NCBI GenBank assembly: GCA_963787745.1
Contig: CAWBEB010000005.1
Coordinates: 2,260 to 66,259, forward strand
DNA from: an uncultured Candidatus Micrarchaeota archaeon
Lineage (GTDB): Archaea > Micrarchaeota > Micrarchaeia > Micrarchaeales > Micrarchaeaceae
Reading direction: 5' to 3'
DNA length: 64,000 bases
Shown here: piece by piece, positions 33,491 to 42,665 of the stretch
How the letters are laid out: each line of letters begins with the position of its first letter
Position numbering within the stretch: position 1 is the first letter of the stretch
Translations under genes and position numbers: made by a program
Notes under the pieces: model-generated
Told to the model about the DNA's origin: nothing
Database searches by the model: none
Seen by the model: only the letters and a program-made list of their open reading frames with translations

Positions 33491-33534
33491 AATCGCCAAA
33501 CCTTACCCCAAGCTCAAATCTCTCTCCCTGCATC

Positions 33535-33545
33535 TATTTATATTT
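33535..33545 (+). promoter_or_regulatory. TATA-like box
   Basis: TATTTATATTT lies immediately after the direct repeat and about 28 nt upstream of ATG 33573. Confidence 0.4.
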
Positions 33546-33572
33546 GAATCGGCGAGAAGCTGCTTGGATAAA

Positions 33573-34442
33573 ATGGACAAGCAGAATCGCACGAAGCAGC
33601 CGCTTAGGTCTTTCGGGGCAGGCAACGCCCTTCCGCTGCCCTTCGAGAAGGCGGACAGGATGCTTAGGAAGGATAGGATCGGCAGGATGATCAACCGCTG
33701 GCCGATAGCCTCGCGCACCATGTTCGATTCCATAGTCAGGGACGAGAGGCTCGCCGCCTGGAGAGGAATCATGGAAAGCCCAAATACGGTGAAGAGGCTT
33801 GGCGCCCTGGACGAGATGCCGCGCAAGGCGCTTCTCTGGATGCTTGACAACAGCTCGGTTGAGGGCAAGCAGTCCCTAAAGCCAACGGCCAGGACAGCGA
33901 GGGCGTTCGACCTTTTCACCTATTCGCCGATCCTAACGGAGCTGTCGGCCGCGAGGGGATGGGACTTCGATTCGTCCAGGAGGCTGATTAAGTCCATCGT
34001 CGAGGCGGATTTGCAGCCGGCTTTCGCCAGCCAGAAGAATCTGACAGTTCTCAGCAAGCTTAGTCCGAACGCCAGGACAGCGATTCTTTCTGTGGCCGAG
34101 GTAGCCACGAAGCATGGACTGGGCGAGCTTTTCTCAGATGGGGTGTTCTCGCTGCTCAAGAGCGGCAGGCTCGACGACTGGGACCAGCAATCTCACGAGG
34201 CGCTTTTTAGGGCGATATCCGCAAGGGGCGCGAGGTTTTTCCTGAAGGATGATGTGATCACGAGGCTAAACAGCGTAAACGACAACCTGAGGAGGGCCCT
34301 TTTGACCGCGGCGCTGTCGGCGCAGGATCCCGGCCACGCATTCACTGACTCGGCGATCGGCTTTGCGCTAAAGAACCCGATGCGGCCCGAAACGCTCGCG
34401 GCTAGGCTAATAATTGCAACCGGCATAAGGCCGAGGGCCTAA
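33573..34442 (+). CDS. Hypothetical protein
   Basis: ATG 33573 (MDKQNRTKQP) fits the TATA spacing. The ORF-track start 33459 would read through the att-like repeat. No family recognised. Confidence 0.5.
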   Translation: MDKQNRTKQPLRSFGAGNALPLPFEKADRMLRKDRIGRMINRWPIASRTMFDSIVRDERLAAWRGIMESPNTVKRLGALDEMPRKALLWMLDNSSVEGKQSLKPTARTARAFDLFTYSPILTELSAARGWDFDSSRRLIKSIVEADLQPAFASQKNLTVLSKLSPNARTAILSVAEVATKHGLGELFSDGVFSLLKSGRLDDWDQQSHEALFRAISARGARFFLKDDVITRLNSVNDNLRRALLTAALSAQDPGHAFTDSAIGFALKNPMRPETLAARLIIATGIRPRA

Positions 34443-34448
34443 AGCCAA

Positions 34449-35267
34449 TCAGTCCGAGTGTATCGGCTTGTGGGCAAGCCCTGGGCTTATTGAGAAGTCG
34501 CCGGCCGGAAGCTCCCGTATTATGTGGTCTAGGTCCTTGTAGCCGATTATCTTTGATATCTTCTTTGCGGCGTCGGACTTCTTGTCCCTACCCTGCAGGA
34601 CAGCCGCGTATGCAGAGTCAGACTTGAGCGCCTCGAACGTCGACCTTGGAACAACAGATAGGAAGCCGCTCTTGTCTACGGAGAATATGAGCTCCAGGGG
34701 GCAGTTCCGATACCATTCGCGCTCCCCCTTTAGCAGGAAGCTGCCGGTTCCAAGCGACCCCTTCTGGCTTGATTTTGTCACCTGCTCCCTCCTCATTGAG
34801 TATACGTCTATCACCCTGAGCCCTTGCTTCCAGGCGCTCGAGTAGCAGGCCGCGAAGTTGGCGACCTCGTCCCTGACCGGCCTTGGCGCTGACGCACCGT
34901 CCTTTAGTATGAACACCGAAGCCCCGAAGATGTCGGCGTGGAAAAACAGGTCGGCCTCGCTGAAATACTTGGAGTTGAGCATCTCATTCTGCGCCGCATC
35001 CCTCCCCCCGACCGCAAGCATGCCGTTTGACGCCCTAAGCCAGTGGAACTTCTCGTACCACTCCTTCTTTAGTATCACCGATACCCTGACCTCCTTCTTG
35101 CGGGAGGCCTTTTCCCTCGCCTCCTCAAGCTGCGCGCCGAGGTCCTTGAGGGCCTTCGCCGCGCCCTTCTGCTTCTGGCCCAGCTTTTTGGCCCGGTCGT
35201 AGTAATGTCCGGCATTCTCGTAGGCCGACTTGGTGTAATCGAGCTCTATCTCCATTCCCATAGGCAC
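34449..35267 (-). CDS. NFACT-R (DUF814) domain protein, short Rqc2/FbpA-like
   Basis: KKEWYEKFHWLRASNGMLAVGGRDAAQNEMLNSKY...DLFFHADIFGASVFILKDG is the characteristic DUF814 block. The NFACT-N domain is absent. Confidence 0.65.
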   Translation of the reverse strand: MPMGMEIELDYTKSAYENAGHYYDRAKKLGQKQKGAAKALKDLGAQLEEAREKASRKKEVRVSVILKKEWYEKFHWLRASNGMLAVGGRDAAQNEMLNSKYFSEADLFFHADIFGASVFILKDGASAPRPVRDEVANFAACYSSAWKQGLRVIDVYSMRREQVTKSSQKGSLGTGSFLLKGEREWYRNCPLELIFSVDKSGFLSVVPRSTFEALKSDSAYAAVLQGRDKKSDAAKKISKIIGYKDLDHIIRELPAGDFSISPGLAHKPIHSD

Positions 35268-35270
35268 CGC

Positions 35271-35552
35271 CTAGAGCGTGCCGCTTATTATCAGGGATAC
35301 GATTACCGAGATGACGAAGCCCAGCGCGCCCATGAGCACTATCCCGAAGATTATCAGCCTCGCGCTCTTCCTGAACTCGGCATCGGTGGGCTTGTAGCTC
35401 ACGCTGAGCACGTGCTTGGAGTTGTCGATGAACTTCTTTATGCTCTCTGATATGTTGATGCGAACACCGTTAGCTTGTATTTGTTGTATACCAATTAAAG
35501 GGTTTGCATTTGTCCTTAATAGCTTTTGCTGAAAAAGAGTTTGGATCCGCAT
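35271..35552 (-). CDS. secE: Preprotein translocase subunit SecE / Sec61-gamma (start uncertain)
   Basis: IKKFIDNSKHVLSVSYKPTDAEFRKSARLIIFGIVLMGALGFVISVI parallels the archaeal SecE pattern (KKPTxxE plus a single TM). All in-frame ATGs (35552-35621) overlap the divergent EamA gene or its promoter. Confidence 0.6.
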   Translation of the reverse strand: MRIQTLFQQKLLRTNANPLIGIQQIQANGVRINISESIKKFIDNSKHVLSVSYKPTDAEFRKSARLIIFGIVLMGALGFVISVIVSLIISGTL

Positions 35553-36423
35553 GGACTTCGCCCTGGGCATCATAGCCGCAGTCATAGCCATGGTTGCCTG
35601 GGGGTTCGGAGACTTCCTCATACAGAAGTTCGCCCGGAGAATAGGGGACTGGGAGTCCCTGTTCTACATATCCGCCTTCGGCGCGATTGTCATACTCCCG
35701 TTCGTATACGGCCAGCTTGCCGCGCTCGCCTTTAATCTGGGGGAGCTGGCGCTGCTGCTCTCCACCTCGGTTGTTCTCCTTGCCGCCGCCCTGCTGGACT
35801 TCGAGGCGCTAAAGGAGGGCAAGATCGCGGTTGCGGAGCCGGTGTTCGTGCTGGAGATACCAGTCGCGGCCCTGCTCGCCTTCGTCATAATAAGGGAGGG
35901 GATAACGTTCTACCAGACCCTGCTGATCTGCGGGCTGATAGTCGGGCTGGTTCTCGTATCGGTGAGGCAATTTAGGCTCAAGCGGAGGATGTGGCTGGAG
36001 AAGGGCGTGGCGCTCGCGGTCATAGGGTCGGTGTTCATGGGCGCGACAAACTTCCTTTTCGGCATCGCCGCAAGGGAGACATCGGCCCTCATGGTGAATT
36101 GGTTCACCTCTCTCTTCCTTGCCGTCGCCTGTATCGCCTATCTCGCCTACAAGTCAAAGCTCCACAAGCTGAGGATCGACGGCGGCCGGAAGGCGGGATT
36201 GCTCTTGTGCCTCTGCGCATCCGACAACGTAGCCTGGATAGCCTTCGCCTATGCCACCGTGTTCCTGCCGATAGCGATAGCGGTCTCGATTTCCCAGTGC
36301 TTCATAATAATAACCGTGCTGCTCGGGATCTTCGTCTCGCGCGAGAAGCTGATGGCCCACCAGAAGATTGGGGTGGTGGTGGCGATAGTGCTGGCGATCG
36401 CGCTTGCGGTGGTAAGCGGTTGA
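35551..36423 (+). CDS. EamA/DMT-superfamily transporter
   Basis: About ten TM helices in two EamA-like halves, with the N-terminus IIAAVIAMVAWGFGDFLIQK. Confidence 0.75.
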   Translation: MDFALGIIAAVIAMVAWGFGDFLIQKFARRIGDWESLFYISAFGAIVILPFVYGQLAALAFNLGELALLLSTSVVLLAAALLDFEALKEGKIAVAEPVFVLEIPVAALLAFVIIREGITFYQTLLICGLIVGLVLVSVRQFRLKRRMWLEKGVALAVIGSVFMGATNFLFGIAARETSALMVNWFTSLFLAVACIAYLAYKSKLHKLRIDGGRKAGLLLCLCASDNVAWIAFAYATVFLPIAIAVSISQCFIIITVLLGIFVSREKLMAHQKIGVVVAIVLAIALAVVSG

Positions 36424-36457
36424 TTATTAAGCGCAAATGCGAAAGCTAGGTGATTTG

Positions 36458-37597
36458 ATGAAACCAAAGTTCATAGTCATACACTTCGGCGAGATATGGC
36501 TCAAGGGCGGCAATCGGAGGATGTTCACCCAGAGGCTCTATAGCAACATAGTGTCCGCGCTGGAAGAGGAGAGATACGAGAAGCTGGAGAACGAGAGGGA
36601 CAGGTTCATGCTGCGCCTCGGCAAGAAGTCCGATTACAAAAGCATAGAAGGCAAGCTCTCCAGGGTGTTCGGGATAAGCTGGTTCGGCGGATGCACCACC
36701 GTGAAGAGCAGCAGAAAGGAGATCATCGATGCGGTAGTTGAGGTGAGCAAGGGGAGGACCGTGAGGATAGAGGCGCACAGGTCGGACAAGAGGCTTCCCT
36801 TCAAGTCCTACGAGCTTGTCTCCGAGCTCATCAGGCTCTCCAAGAAGAAAAAGATCTCGCTGGATGTCAAGTCGGACGACACCGTTTACGTCAACGCCCA
36901 GACCAAGCAGACCTACGTCTCGTTCGACAAGCACAGGGGCGCTCAGGGGCTGCCCGTCGGGGTCTCCGGAAAGGCGGTCATCCTCCTATCTGGCGGCATC
37001 GACTCGCCGGTCGCATCATACTACGCAATGAAGAGGGGGCTTGAGCCCGTGTACCTGCATGTCCATGGATTCCCGTCAGCCGACAAGAAGAAGCTCGATA
37101 AGATATACAAGGTGATGGAGTCGCTCAAGGGCTATTCGCCCGAGTCGGCGGTGTACTTCGCCCCGTTCCACCTATTCCAGGGAAGCGCCCTCGGCGTGCC
37201 AAGGCGCTATGAGTTGGTCCTCTTCAAGAGGTTCCTCTACCTCCTTGCAGAGGAGGTCTCCCACGCAGAGAAGGCGGACTGCATAGTGACAGGCGAGAGC
37301 CTCGGGCAGGTGGCCTCGCAGACGATGCAGAACCTCAAGGCGAGCTCGGCGGGAGTGGAGCAGATAATACTGAGGCCGCTCATTGGCATGGACAAGCAGG
37401 AGATCATAGACCTGGCCAGTGGCATAGGCACCTACAGGGCCTCGATATCAGCCTACAAGGACGTGTGCTCTATCGCGATAAAGGGATCGGAGCTCAGGGC
37501 AAAGGCGAAGGAGATAGACGCTCTTTGCAAGGAGATGAAGATGAAGAGCGTGCTGCTCGCAACCCTGAAGAAGTCAAAGAGAGAAGCGCTAAAGTGA
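36458..37597 (+). CDS. thiI: tRNA 4-thiouridine synthase ThiI (THUMP + PP-loop)
   Basis: FIVIHFGEIWLKGGNR at the start and the PP-loop VILLSGGIDSPVASYY. Confidence 0.85.
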   Translation: MKPKFIVIHFGEIWLKGGNRRMFTQRLYSNIVSALEEERYEKLENERDRFMLRLGKKSDYKSIEGKLSRVFGISWFGGCTTVKSSRKEIIDAVVEVSKGRTVRIEAHRSDKRLPFKSYELVSELIRLSKKKKISLDVKSDDTVYVNAQTKQTYVSFDKHRGAQGLPVGVSGKAVILLSGGIDSPVASYYAMKRGLEPVYLHVHGFPSADKKKLDKIYKVMESLKGYSPESAVYFAPFHLFQGSALGVPRRYELVLFKRFLYLLAEEVSHAEKADCIVTGESLGQVASQTMQNLKASSAGVEQIILRPLIGMDKQEIIDLASGIGTYRASISAYKDVCSIAIKGSELRAKAKEIDALCKEMKMKSVLLATLKKSKREALK

Positions 37598-38356
37598 TTT
37601 GAGTATCTCCTGCTCATCGAGATCCAGCTTGTACCTTTGGTTGAAGTAGCGCACTATGTTGTGGACGTCCCGCTCCAGGAACTCCATTGCCATCGGGTGC
37701 CTGATCACTACACCCTGGCCTATGTCTATCAGCACGGGCTTCTGCTTCTCGCCCTGTATCAGCACGTTGAACTCGCTTAGGTCCGCGTGCACAAGGCCAG
37801 CCCTGCGCATGAGCCTTATCTGGTTGATTATGTTTTTGGCCGTCTTCTCGGGGTTGTCTAGCACTATGTCCTTCATCTTCTTTGATGGGTGCCCCAATTC
37901 ATCCCCGATGAACTCCATCGCGAGTATGTTGCCGTTGAACATGTAGGGGGTTGGCACATTCGCCCCCGCCTCGCCCGCTAGGACAAGGTTCCCGAACTCC
38001 TTGCGGCACCATATCTCAACTATCGCAGTCCTGCTGGACTTGAGGTTCCCGAAGCGCGGGTCGCCCTCTATGTACTCCCGCATCTTGTTGAACGATATCC
38101 CTTCTCCCCGAAAGAACTTGAGCGCCACGAGACCCGACTTGACGATTTCTGACGCGCCGGGCGCAGCCAGATAGACGTCCGCCTCCTTTCCGGTCGATAT
38201 CACGAAGTCTACTTTCTCAATGACCCCCTTGTTGTAGAATTTCGCAAGGAACTTCATGGTGCGCTCGTTGAATATGCCGCCCTTGCGCTGCGAAACCTCC
38301 ATTATCATGTGCTTGTCGCGGTCCGGGCGCTTGCGCTTGCTCCATTTCCTTGCCAT
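37589..38356 (-). CDS. rio1: RIO-type serine/threonine protein kinase
   Basis: ISTGKEADVYLA, and LVHADLSEFNVLI followed by IDIGQGV. Confidence 0.9.
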   Translation of the reverse strand: MARKWSKRKRPDRDKHMIMEVSQRKGGIFNERTMKFLAKFYNKGVIEKVDFVISTGKEADVYLAAPGASEIVKSGLVALKFFRGEGISFNKMREYIEGDPRFGNLKSSRTAIVEIWCRKEFGNLVLAGEAGANVPTPYMFNGNILAMEFIGDELGHPSKKMKDIVLDNPEKTAKNIINQIRLMRRAGLVHADLSEFNVLIQGEKQKPVLIDIGQGVVIRHPMAMEFLERDVHNIVRYFNQRYKLDLDEQEILKSL

Positions 38357-38418
38357 GAGGGGTTTATCCGAGCTATAGCTTATAAGCCTTCCTTTACTAT
38401 ATCTATTTGGTGCTTCTT

Positions 38419-38706
38419 ATGGCAGAAAGGGGGGGACGCCGCGGAAACGTAATGCGGATAGACTCCAGCATGGACTGGGAACGCCGCCTGAGCTACAAGG
38501 AGAAGGAGGCCGGGTGGATCGTCTTTCGGTACCTGTTCTGGGCCCTCTATGTATTCGTGGTCGGCTGCATGCTGGTCGTGACAGGCCTAACCGCCGCCAG
38601 GCTTACATTCATTGCGGGATGGGCCGCCATAATACTGGCCGTATTCATGGTCGTCTACGGTTTCACCCAGTCGCTGCACCACAGGCTGATGCGAAAGCAC
38701 GGCTGA
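38419..38706 (+). CDS. Small membrane protein
   Basis: Two hydrophobic helices. ATG 38419 is preferred over TTG 38407. Confidence 0.4.
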   Translation: MAERGGRRGNVMRIDSSMDWERRLSYKEKEAGWIVFRYLFWALYVFVVGCMLVVTGLTAARLTFIAGWAAIILAVFMVVYGFTQSLHHRLMRKHG

Positions 38707-38722
38707 TTCTCGGAAGGTTCGC

Positions 38723-39886
38723 ATGGCAAGAAACATCTACGAAAGCAAGCACTACAAGCTGTTCATACTCATTCCGGTAGCATTGATGCTAATTAGCATA
38801 TACTTCATACCCCACATACAGCTCGACTCCTCCCTGAGGGGAGGCATAAGCGTCCAGCTGCAGACCAACGCGACCCCGAACGTGAGGGCGCTAACCACAT
38901 CGATAAACGGAGAGATACCGGGGGCGCAGGCAAGCGTCTCCAGGGCGCCGGGCGGGCTGTCAATAACAATGGTCGACAACCAGAGCCTGGCATCAGGCGA
39001 GGTCGCGCTGCTTGCCATGTATTCCGACTATTCGAACTACACGCAGTACAACCTGAACTTCACGACCGCATCGGCCGCATACTCGTCGCAGCCATCAAAC
39101 TCAACGCTTGCTGGGATAATCGCCACCTCGCAAAAGGGGATGAATGGCTCCTCGGCAAGGATGTTGGTGGACTACAACTTAGAGCGCGCGGCGCTGGCCC
39201 AGGTTGGGGGGAGCTCGCTACCGGCTGCGAACGTGACCGGCGGCAACTACCAGGCTCTAGTGAACCAGGGGCAGAGCATCTATACCAGCGCCTCCGCAAA
39301 GTACCAGAGCTATGTGATATCAAAGCTATCCTCGCTCGTCCAATTCAGCTCCTACTCCTACAATGAGGTGACCCCGACTCTGGGGGCGTATTTCCTCAGC
39401 GAGATAAAGAACGTCATAATAGTCGCATTCATACTGGTCGCAATAGCAGTATTCTTCATATTCAGGACGCCGATACCTTCGTTTGCGGTTGTGTTCGGCG
39501 CCACAACGGACATAGTGGTCGCCCTTGGCGGTATGGGCCTCTTCGGGATACCGCTCGGCATCGCATCGGTCGGAGGCCTGCTCATGCTGCTAGGCTTCTC
39601 GATAGACACGGACATGCTTACCGCGGTTAGGATACTCAAGAGGAACGACGCGACGCCCGAGATAAGGGCGTTCTCCACATTCAAGACAGGGCTCACGATG
39701 ACATCGACAGCGATAATATCCTTCGCGGTCCTGTTCGCGGTTTCATATTTCGCATTCATACCGACCTATTCGGAGATATCTTCAGTGGTGCTAATAGGGC
39801 TGGTCGCGGACCTGATGGCCACATGGCTTGCCAACACGCCTATCATACTCTGGTACAAGAAGAGGAAGGAGGGGATTAAGGGATGA
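38723..39886 (+). CDS. secF: Protein-export membrane protein SecF
   Basis: N-terminal TM, a periplasmic-type loop, and a C-terminal 5-TM bundle with FSIDTDMLTAVRILKR. It overlaps secD by 4 nt. Confidence 0.8.
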   Translation: MARNIYESKHYKLFILIPVALMLISIYFIPHIQLDSSLRGGISVQLQTNATPNVRALTTSINGEIPGAQASVSRAPGGLSITMVDNQSLASGEVALLAMYSDYSNYTQYNLNFTTASAAYSSQPSNSTLAGIIATSQKGMNGSSARMLVDYNLERAALAQVGGSSLPAANVTGGNYQALVNQGQSIYTSASAKYQSYVISKLSSLVQFSSYSYNEVTPTLGAYFLSEIKNVIIVAFILVAIAVFFIFRTPIPSFAVVFGATTDIVVALGGMGLFGIPLGIASVGGLLMLLGFSIDTDMLTAVRILKRNDATPEIRAFSTFKTGLTMTSTAIISFAVLFAVSYFAFIPTYSEISSVVLIGLVADLMATWLANTPIILWYKKRKEGIKG

Positions 39887-41463
39887 GCACCGCGAAGGAT
39901 TACCTGATGGACAGGAGGATACTTGTCCTGATAGTGGTGGTAGTCGCACTCGGGATCCTAGACCTCACCTACGGAATACATTTTGGGATAGAGTTCGTCG
40001 GAGGGACGCAAATACCCATAACGCTTGAGCATCCGGTCAACGTCACCGCGATGTCGGCACTCGTATCCGCCCTGCAGCAGAGAGTCTCGACCTTCGGCCT
40101 CAAGCAGACTACGGTCGAGGGAGTTGGCAACTCGCATGCCTATGTGATGATACCCGCAGTATCTGGCAGCGAGATTAACCAGACGATAGCGATCATACAG
40201 AGCCAGGGGCGATTCGACGGAATCGTCAACGGAAGGGAGGCGGTAAACGGATCCGGGATACTAAAGGGCAGCATCGGTGCGGTGCAGCCAGCGGCGATCA
40301 ACGGGACGGTCCAATGGGCAGTCACATTTTATATAACGGACTCCGGTGTGAAGCAGTTCAACAAGGCGGTCCTAGGGCAGGCCAACCAGCCGCTCTACAT
40401 GTTCCTTGACAGGCCGACCAATGCGATAGTGGTGATAAACGCCTCGCAATTGACCTCCCTTTCGACAGGGCTCAGCTCGGGAACCTCAATGTCCGCGATG
40501 AGGCAGGCGCTAAGCTTCGGGCAGCAGACCATACCGATAATCTCGGTCTCCGGCTCCAACAGCAGCATCAATGCGACAGAGTCGCTGCTGGTGCAGGACA
40601 GGGCCAAGTACAGCGAGGTGGTCGCAAGCTCGAACCTTCCGCCTGAACTGATAAGCCTGATGAAGGCGGAGAACTACACGATTAAGCTGGTGGACAAGGC
40701 GAACATGACCCCCCAGGTGAGCGCGATCTCCGCAAACCAGAGCATAGTGGAGGCATGGCCGGCGGTCGGACTGCTTTCATCCCCGATACTCAACCCATCG
40801 ATAACCAACGGCAGCGCAGGGAACAGCTATGAGATATCGGGAGTCTCGCCCTCCAACCTTTCGACCGCTGCCAAATTGGCCTATGCAACGCAGACGGGCA
40901 AGACCATCGAGAGCATACTAAACGGTGGGGCCCTCCCGGTGGCGATAATAGCGGGAACGCCGACAACGATACCGGCGACTCTTGGAAGCCAGTTCCTCTT
41001 CTACAGCGCCGTGGCAGGGGTTGCCGCGATCCTGCTGGTGTCAGTGTTCATAACGATAAGATACAGGAAGCTCTTCCTCGTGCTGCCGATACTGCTCACC
41101 ACATTCATGGAGCTCTTCTTAATAGTGTCAATAATAGGGCTGCTAGGGACGATAGACCTCGCCGCGGTAGCCGGAATGATCGCGGTCGTCGGAACGGGCG
41201 TGGACGCCCAGATAATAATAACCGACGAGCTGCTCAGGCACACGGGCGAGAGCGGATCGGCGAAGTCCATGCTGGGCGGCGCGTTCTACATAATACTTCG
41301 GGACGCGATGCTGCTGATAGTGGTAATGCTTCCGCTCTTCTTCTCCACATCGCTTGTAAGCGTGGTCGGGTTCGCGGAATCAACGATAATAGGCGCGATA
41401 CTCGGATTCATGATAACCAGGCCTGCCTACGGAGCGATAATAAGCAAGCACTATTCAACGTGA
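39883..41463 (+). CDS. secD: Protein-export membrane protein SecD
   Basis: N-terminal TM, a large extracytoplasmic domain, and a C-terminal TM bundle with VVGTGVDAQIIITDELL. Confidence 0.8.
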   Translation: MSTAKDYLMDRRILVLIVVVVALGILDLTYGIHFGIEFVGGTQIPITLEHPVNVTAMSALVSALQQRVSTFGLKQTTVEGVGNSHAYVMIPAVSGSEINQTIAIIQSQGRFDGIVNGREAVNGSGILKGSIGAVQPAAINGTVQWAVTFYITDSGVKQFNKAVLGQANQPLYMFLDRPTNAIVVINASQLTSLSTGLSSGTSMSAMRQALSFGQQTIPIISVSGSNSSINATESLLVQDRAKYSEVVASSNLPPELISLMKAENYTIKLVDKANMTPQVSAISANQSIVEAWPAVGLLSSPILNPSITNGSAGNSYEISGVSPSNLSTAAKLAYATQTGKTIESILNGGALPVAIIAGTPTTIPATLGSQFLFYSAVAGVAAILLVSVFITIRYRKLFLVLPILLTTFMELFLIVSIIGLLGTIDLAAVAGMIAVVGTGVDAQIIITDELLRHTGESGSAKSMLGGAFYIILRDAMLLIVVMLPLFFSTSLVSVVGFAESTIIGAILGFMITRPAYGAIISKHYST

Positions 41464-41524
41464 CTCCGCTTTAGCAGAGCTAGAAGCTATTTATACGGTT
41501 AAAACATAAGGCTAGTGGATCATC

Positions 41525-42172
41525 ATGCCGATATACTGCCCGACCTGCAACAGGTCGAGCGACGACTGCCTATTCGTGGGCGAGTTCTGCGAGTTCTGCA
41601 CAGCGGGGAAGCTAGGCAAGAAGCTGCCGAAGTCGATTAAGGTCTTCCAGTGCCGCTTCTGCAAGAGGGTCAAGGTCGGGAAAGGATGGATGGAGCCGGG
41701 CAACGAGAAGAGGGTCCTCGGGAAGGCGATAATGCACGAGATCGGGGGAGGATTTGAGGTCGGGATTCTTGAGTTCGGAAGGAACGGCATCGCCGAATGC
41801 ACGATAACCAAGAAGATGGATGAGGGGGACGTGAAGTTCGAGGCCGAGATCGAGATCAAGAGGTTCCACGAGACCTGCCAAAGATGCTTCCGCATCAGCT
41901 CCGGTTATTATCAGGGGATAGTCCAACTGAGGGGAGACAGGGAGAAGATGAACAGAATGATGGCGAAGCTCAGCAGGTACCTGGAGAGGAGGGGAGGCTA
42001 CATAACAAAGGCCGAGGACGTCACCAACGGGATGGACATATACGTCAGCGACAAGGAGGCGGCGAACAATTTCTTCATGGACCATGACCTCAAGCCGCTG
42101 AAGTCGTTTAGGCTATGGGGAATGAAGAAGGGAAAGAAGGTCTACAGGAACACTTATTCACTGCACCTTTGA
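41525..42172 (+). CDS. NMD3-family (ribosome biogenesis/export adaptor-like) zinc protein, short form
   Basis: CPTCN...CEFC...CRFCKR Cys clusters and SGYYQGIVQLRG. CTATTTATAC lies about 30 nt upstream of the ATG. Confidence 0.7.
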   Translation: MPIYCPTCNRSSDDCLFVGEFCEFCTAGKLGKKLPKSIKVFQCRFCKRVKVGKGWMEPGNEKRVLGKAIMHEIGGGFEVGILEFGRNGIAECTITKKMDEGDVKFEAEIEIKRFHETCQRCFRISSGYYQGIVQLRGDREKMNRMMAKLSRYLERRGGYITKAEDVTNGMDIYVSDKEAANNFFMDHDLKPLKSFRLWGMKKGKKVYRNTYSLHL

Positions 42173-42185
42173 TCCGATGCTGGGG

Positions 42186-42665
42186 TCAGGTCGGTGCTAT
42201 CACGACGCAGGGGGTCTGGGCTCCGGCGTAGGTGCAGGGGGACTGGGCGCTGACGTTGACAAGATAGGTTCCCTGCGATATGACGGTGGCGAGCGAGCCC
42301 GTTACATTGATCGGAACGTAGGCAACGGCATCGCTGAGACCTGCGTTGGTGTTGACGACGAATATTATCTGGTGGCCGAGGCCCGGGACCGCGAGGCTGT
42401 TCCCTATTATTATCTGCTGGACGTCGGGAGGCATGTCTATGAGGATGAGCTGCTTGGCGGGGGCGCCCTGGGCGCCTACGTTGACCGCGACCTCGGCGAG
42501 CTTGGTGGCCGCCGCCTGGGCCTCGCCGGTGGCAAGGTTTGAGCTGGTCGATGCCATCTGTACGAATGCTAGTATGACTATCGGGAGAAGTATTATCAGG
42601 GCGAAGGATACGGTTATCAGGAGCTCGAGGCTCGACTGACCCCTTAGGCTTCGGTTATTCCTCAT
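42186..42665 (-). CDS. Archaeal type IV pilin-like protein (class III signal peptide)
   Basis: MRNNRSLRGQSSLELLITVSFALIILLPIVILAF has an RG/QSSLELL prepilin-peptidase-type site followed by a hydrophobic helix. Confidence 0.7.
   Translation of the reverse strand: MRNNRSLRGQSSLELLITVSFALIILLPIVILAFVQMASTSSNLATGEAQAAATKLAEVAVNVGAQGAPAKQLILIDMPPDVQQIIIGNSLAVPGLGHQIIFVVNTNAGLSDAVAYVPINVTGSLATVISQGTYLVNVSAQSPCTYAGAQTPCVVIAPT

Larger units (their letters stand above)
32486..33533 (+). mobile_element. ~1.05-kb AT-rich islet at the tRNA-Leu 3' end with a RelE-type TA pair, bounded by a 20-nt direct repeat
   Basis: TCAAATCTCTCTCCCTGCAT occurs at 32466-32485 (tRNA T-arm/acceptor plus 1 nt) and identically at 33514-33533. 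The interior line 32701-32760 has 20/60 G+C. No integrase. Confidence 0.65.
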
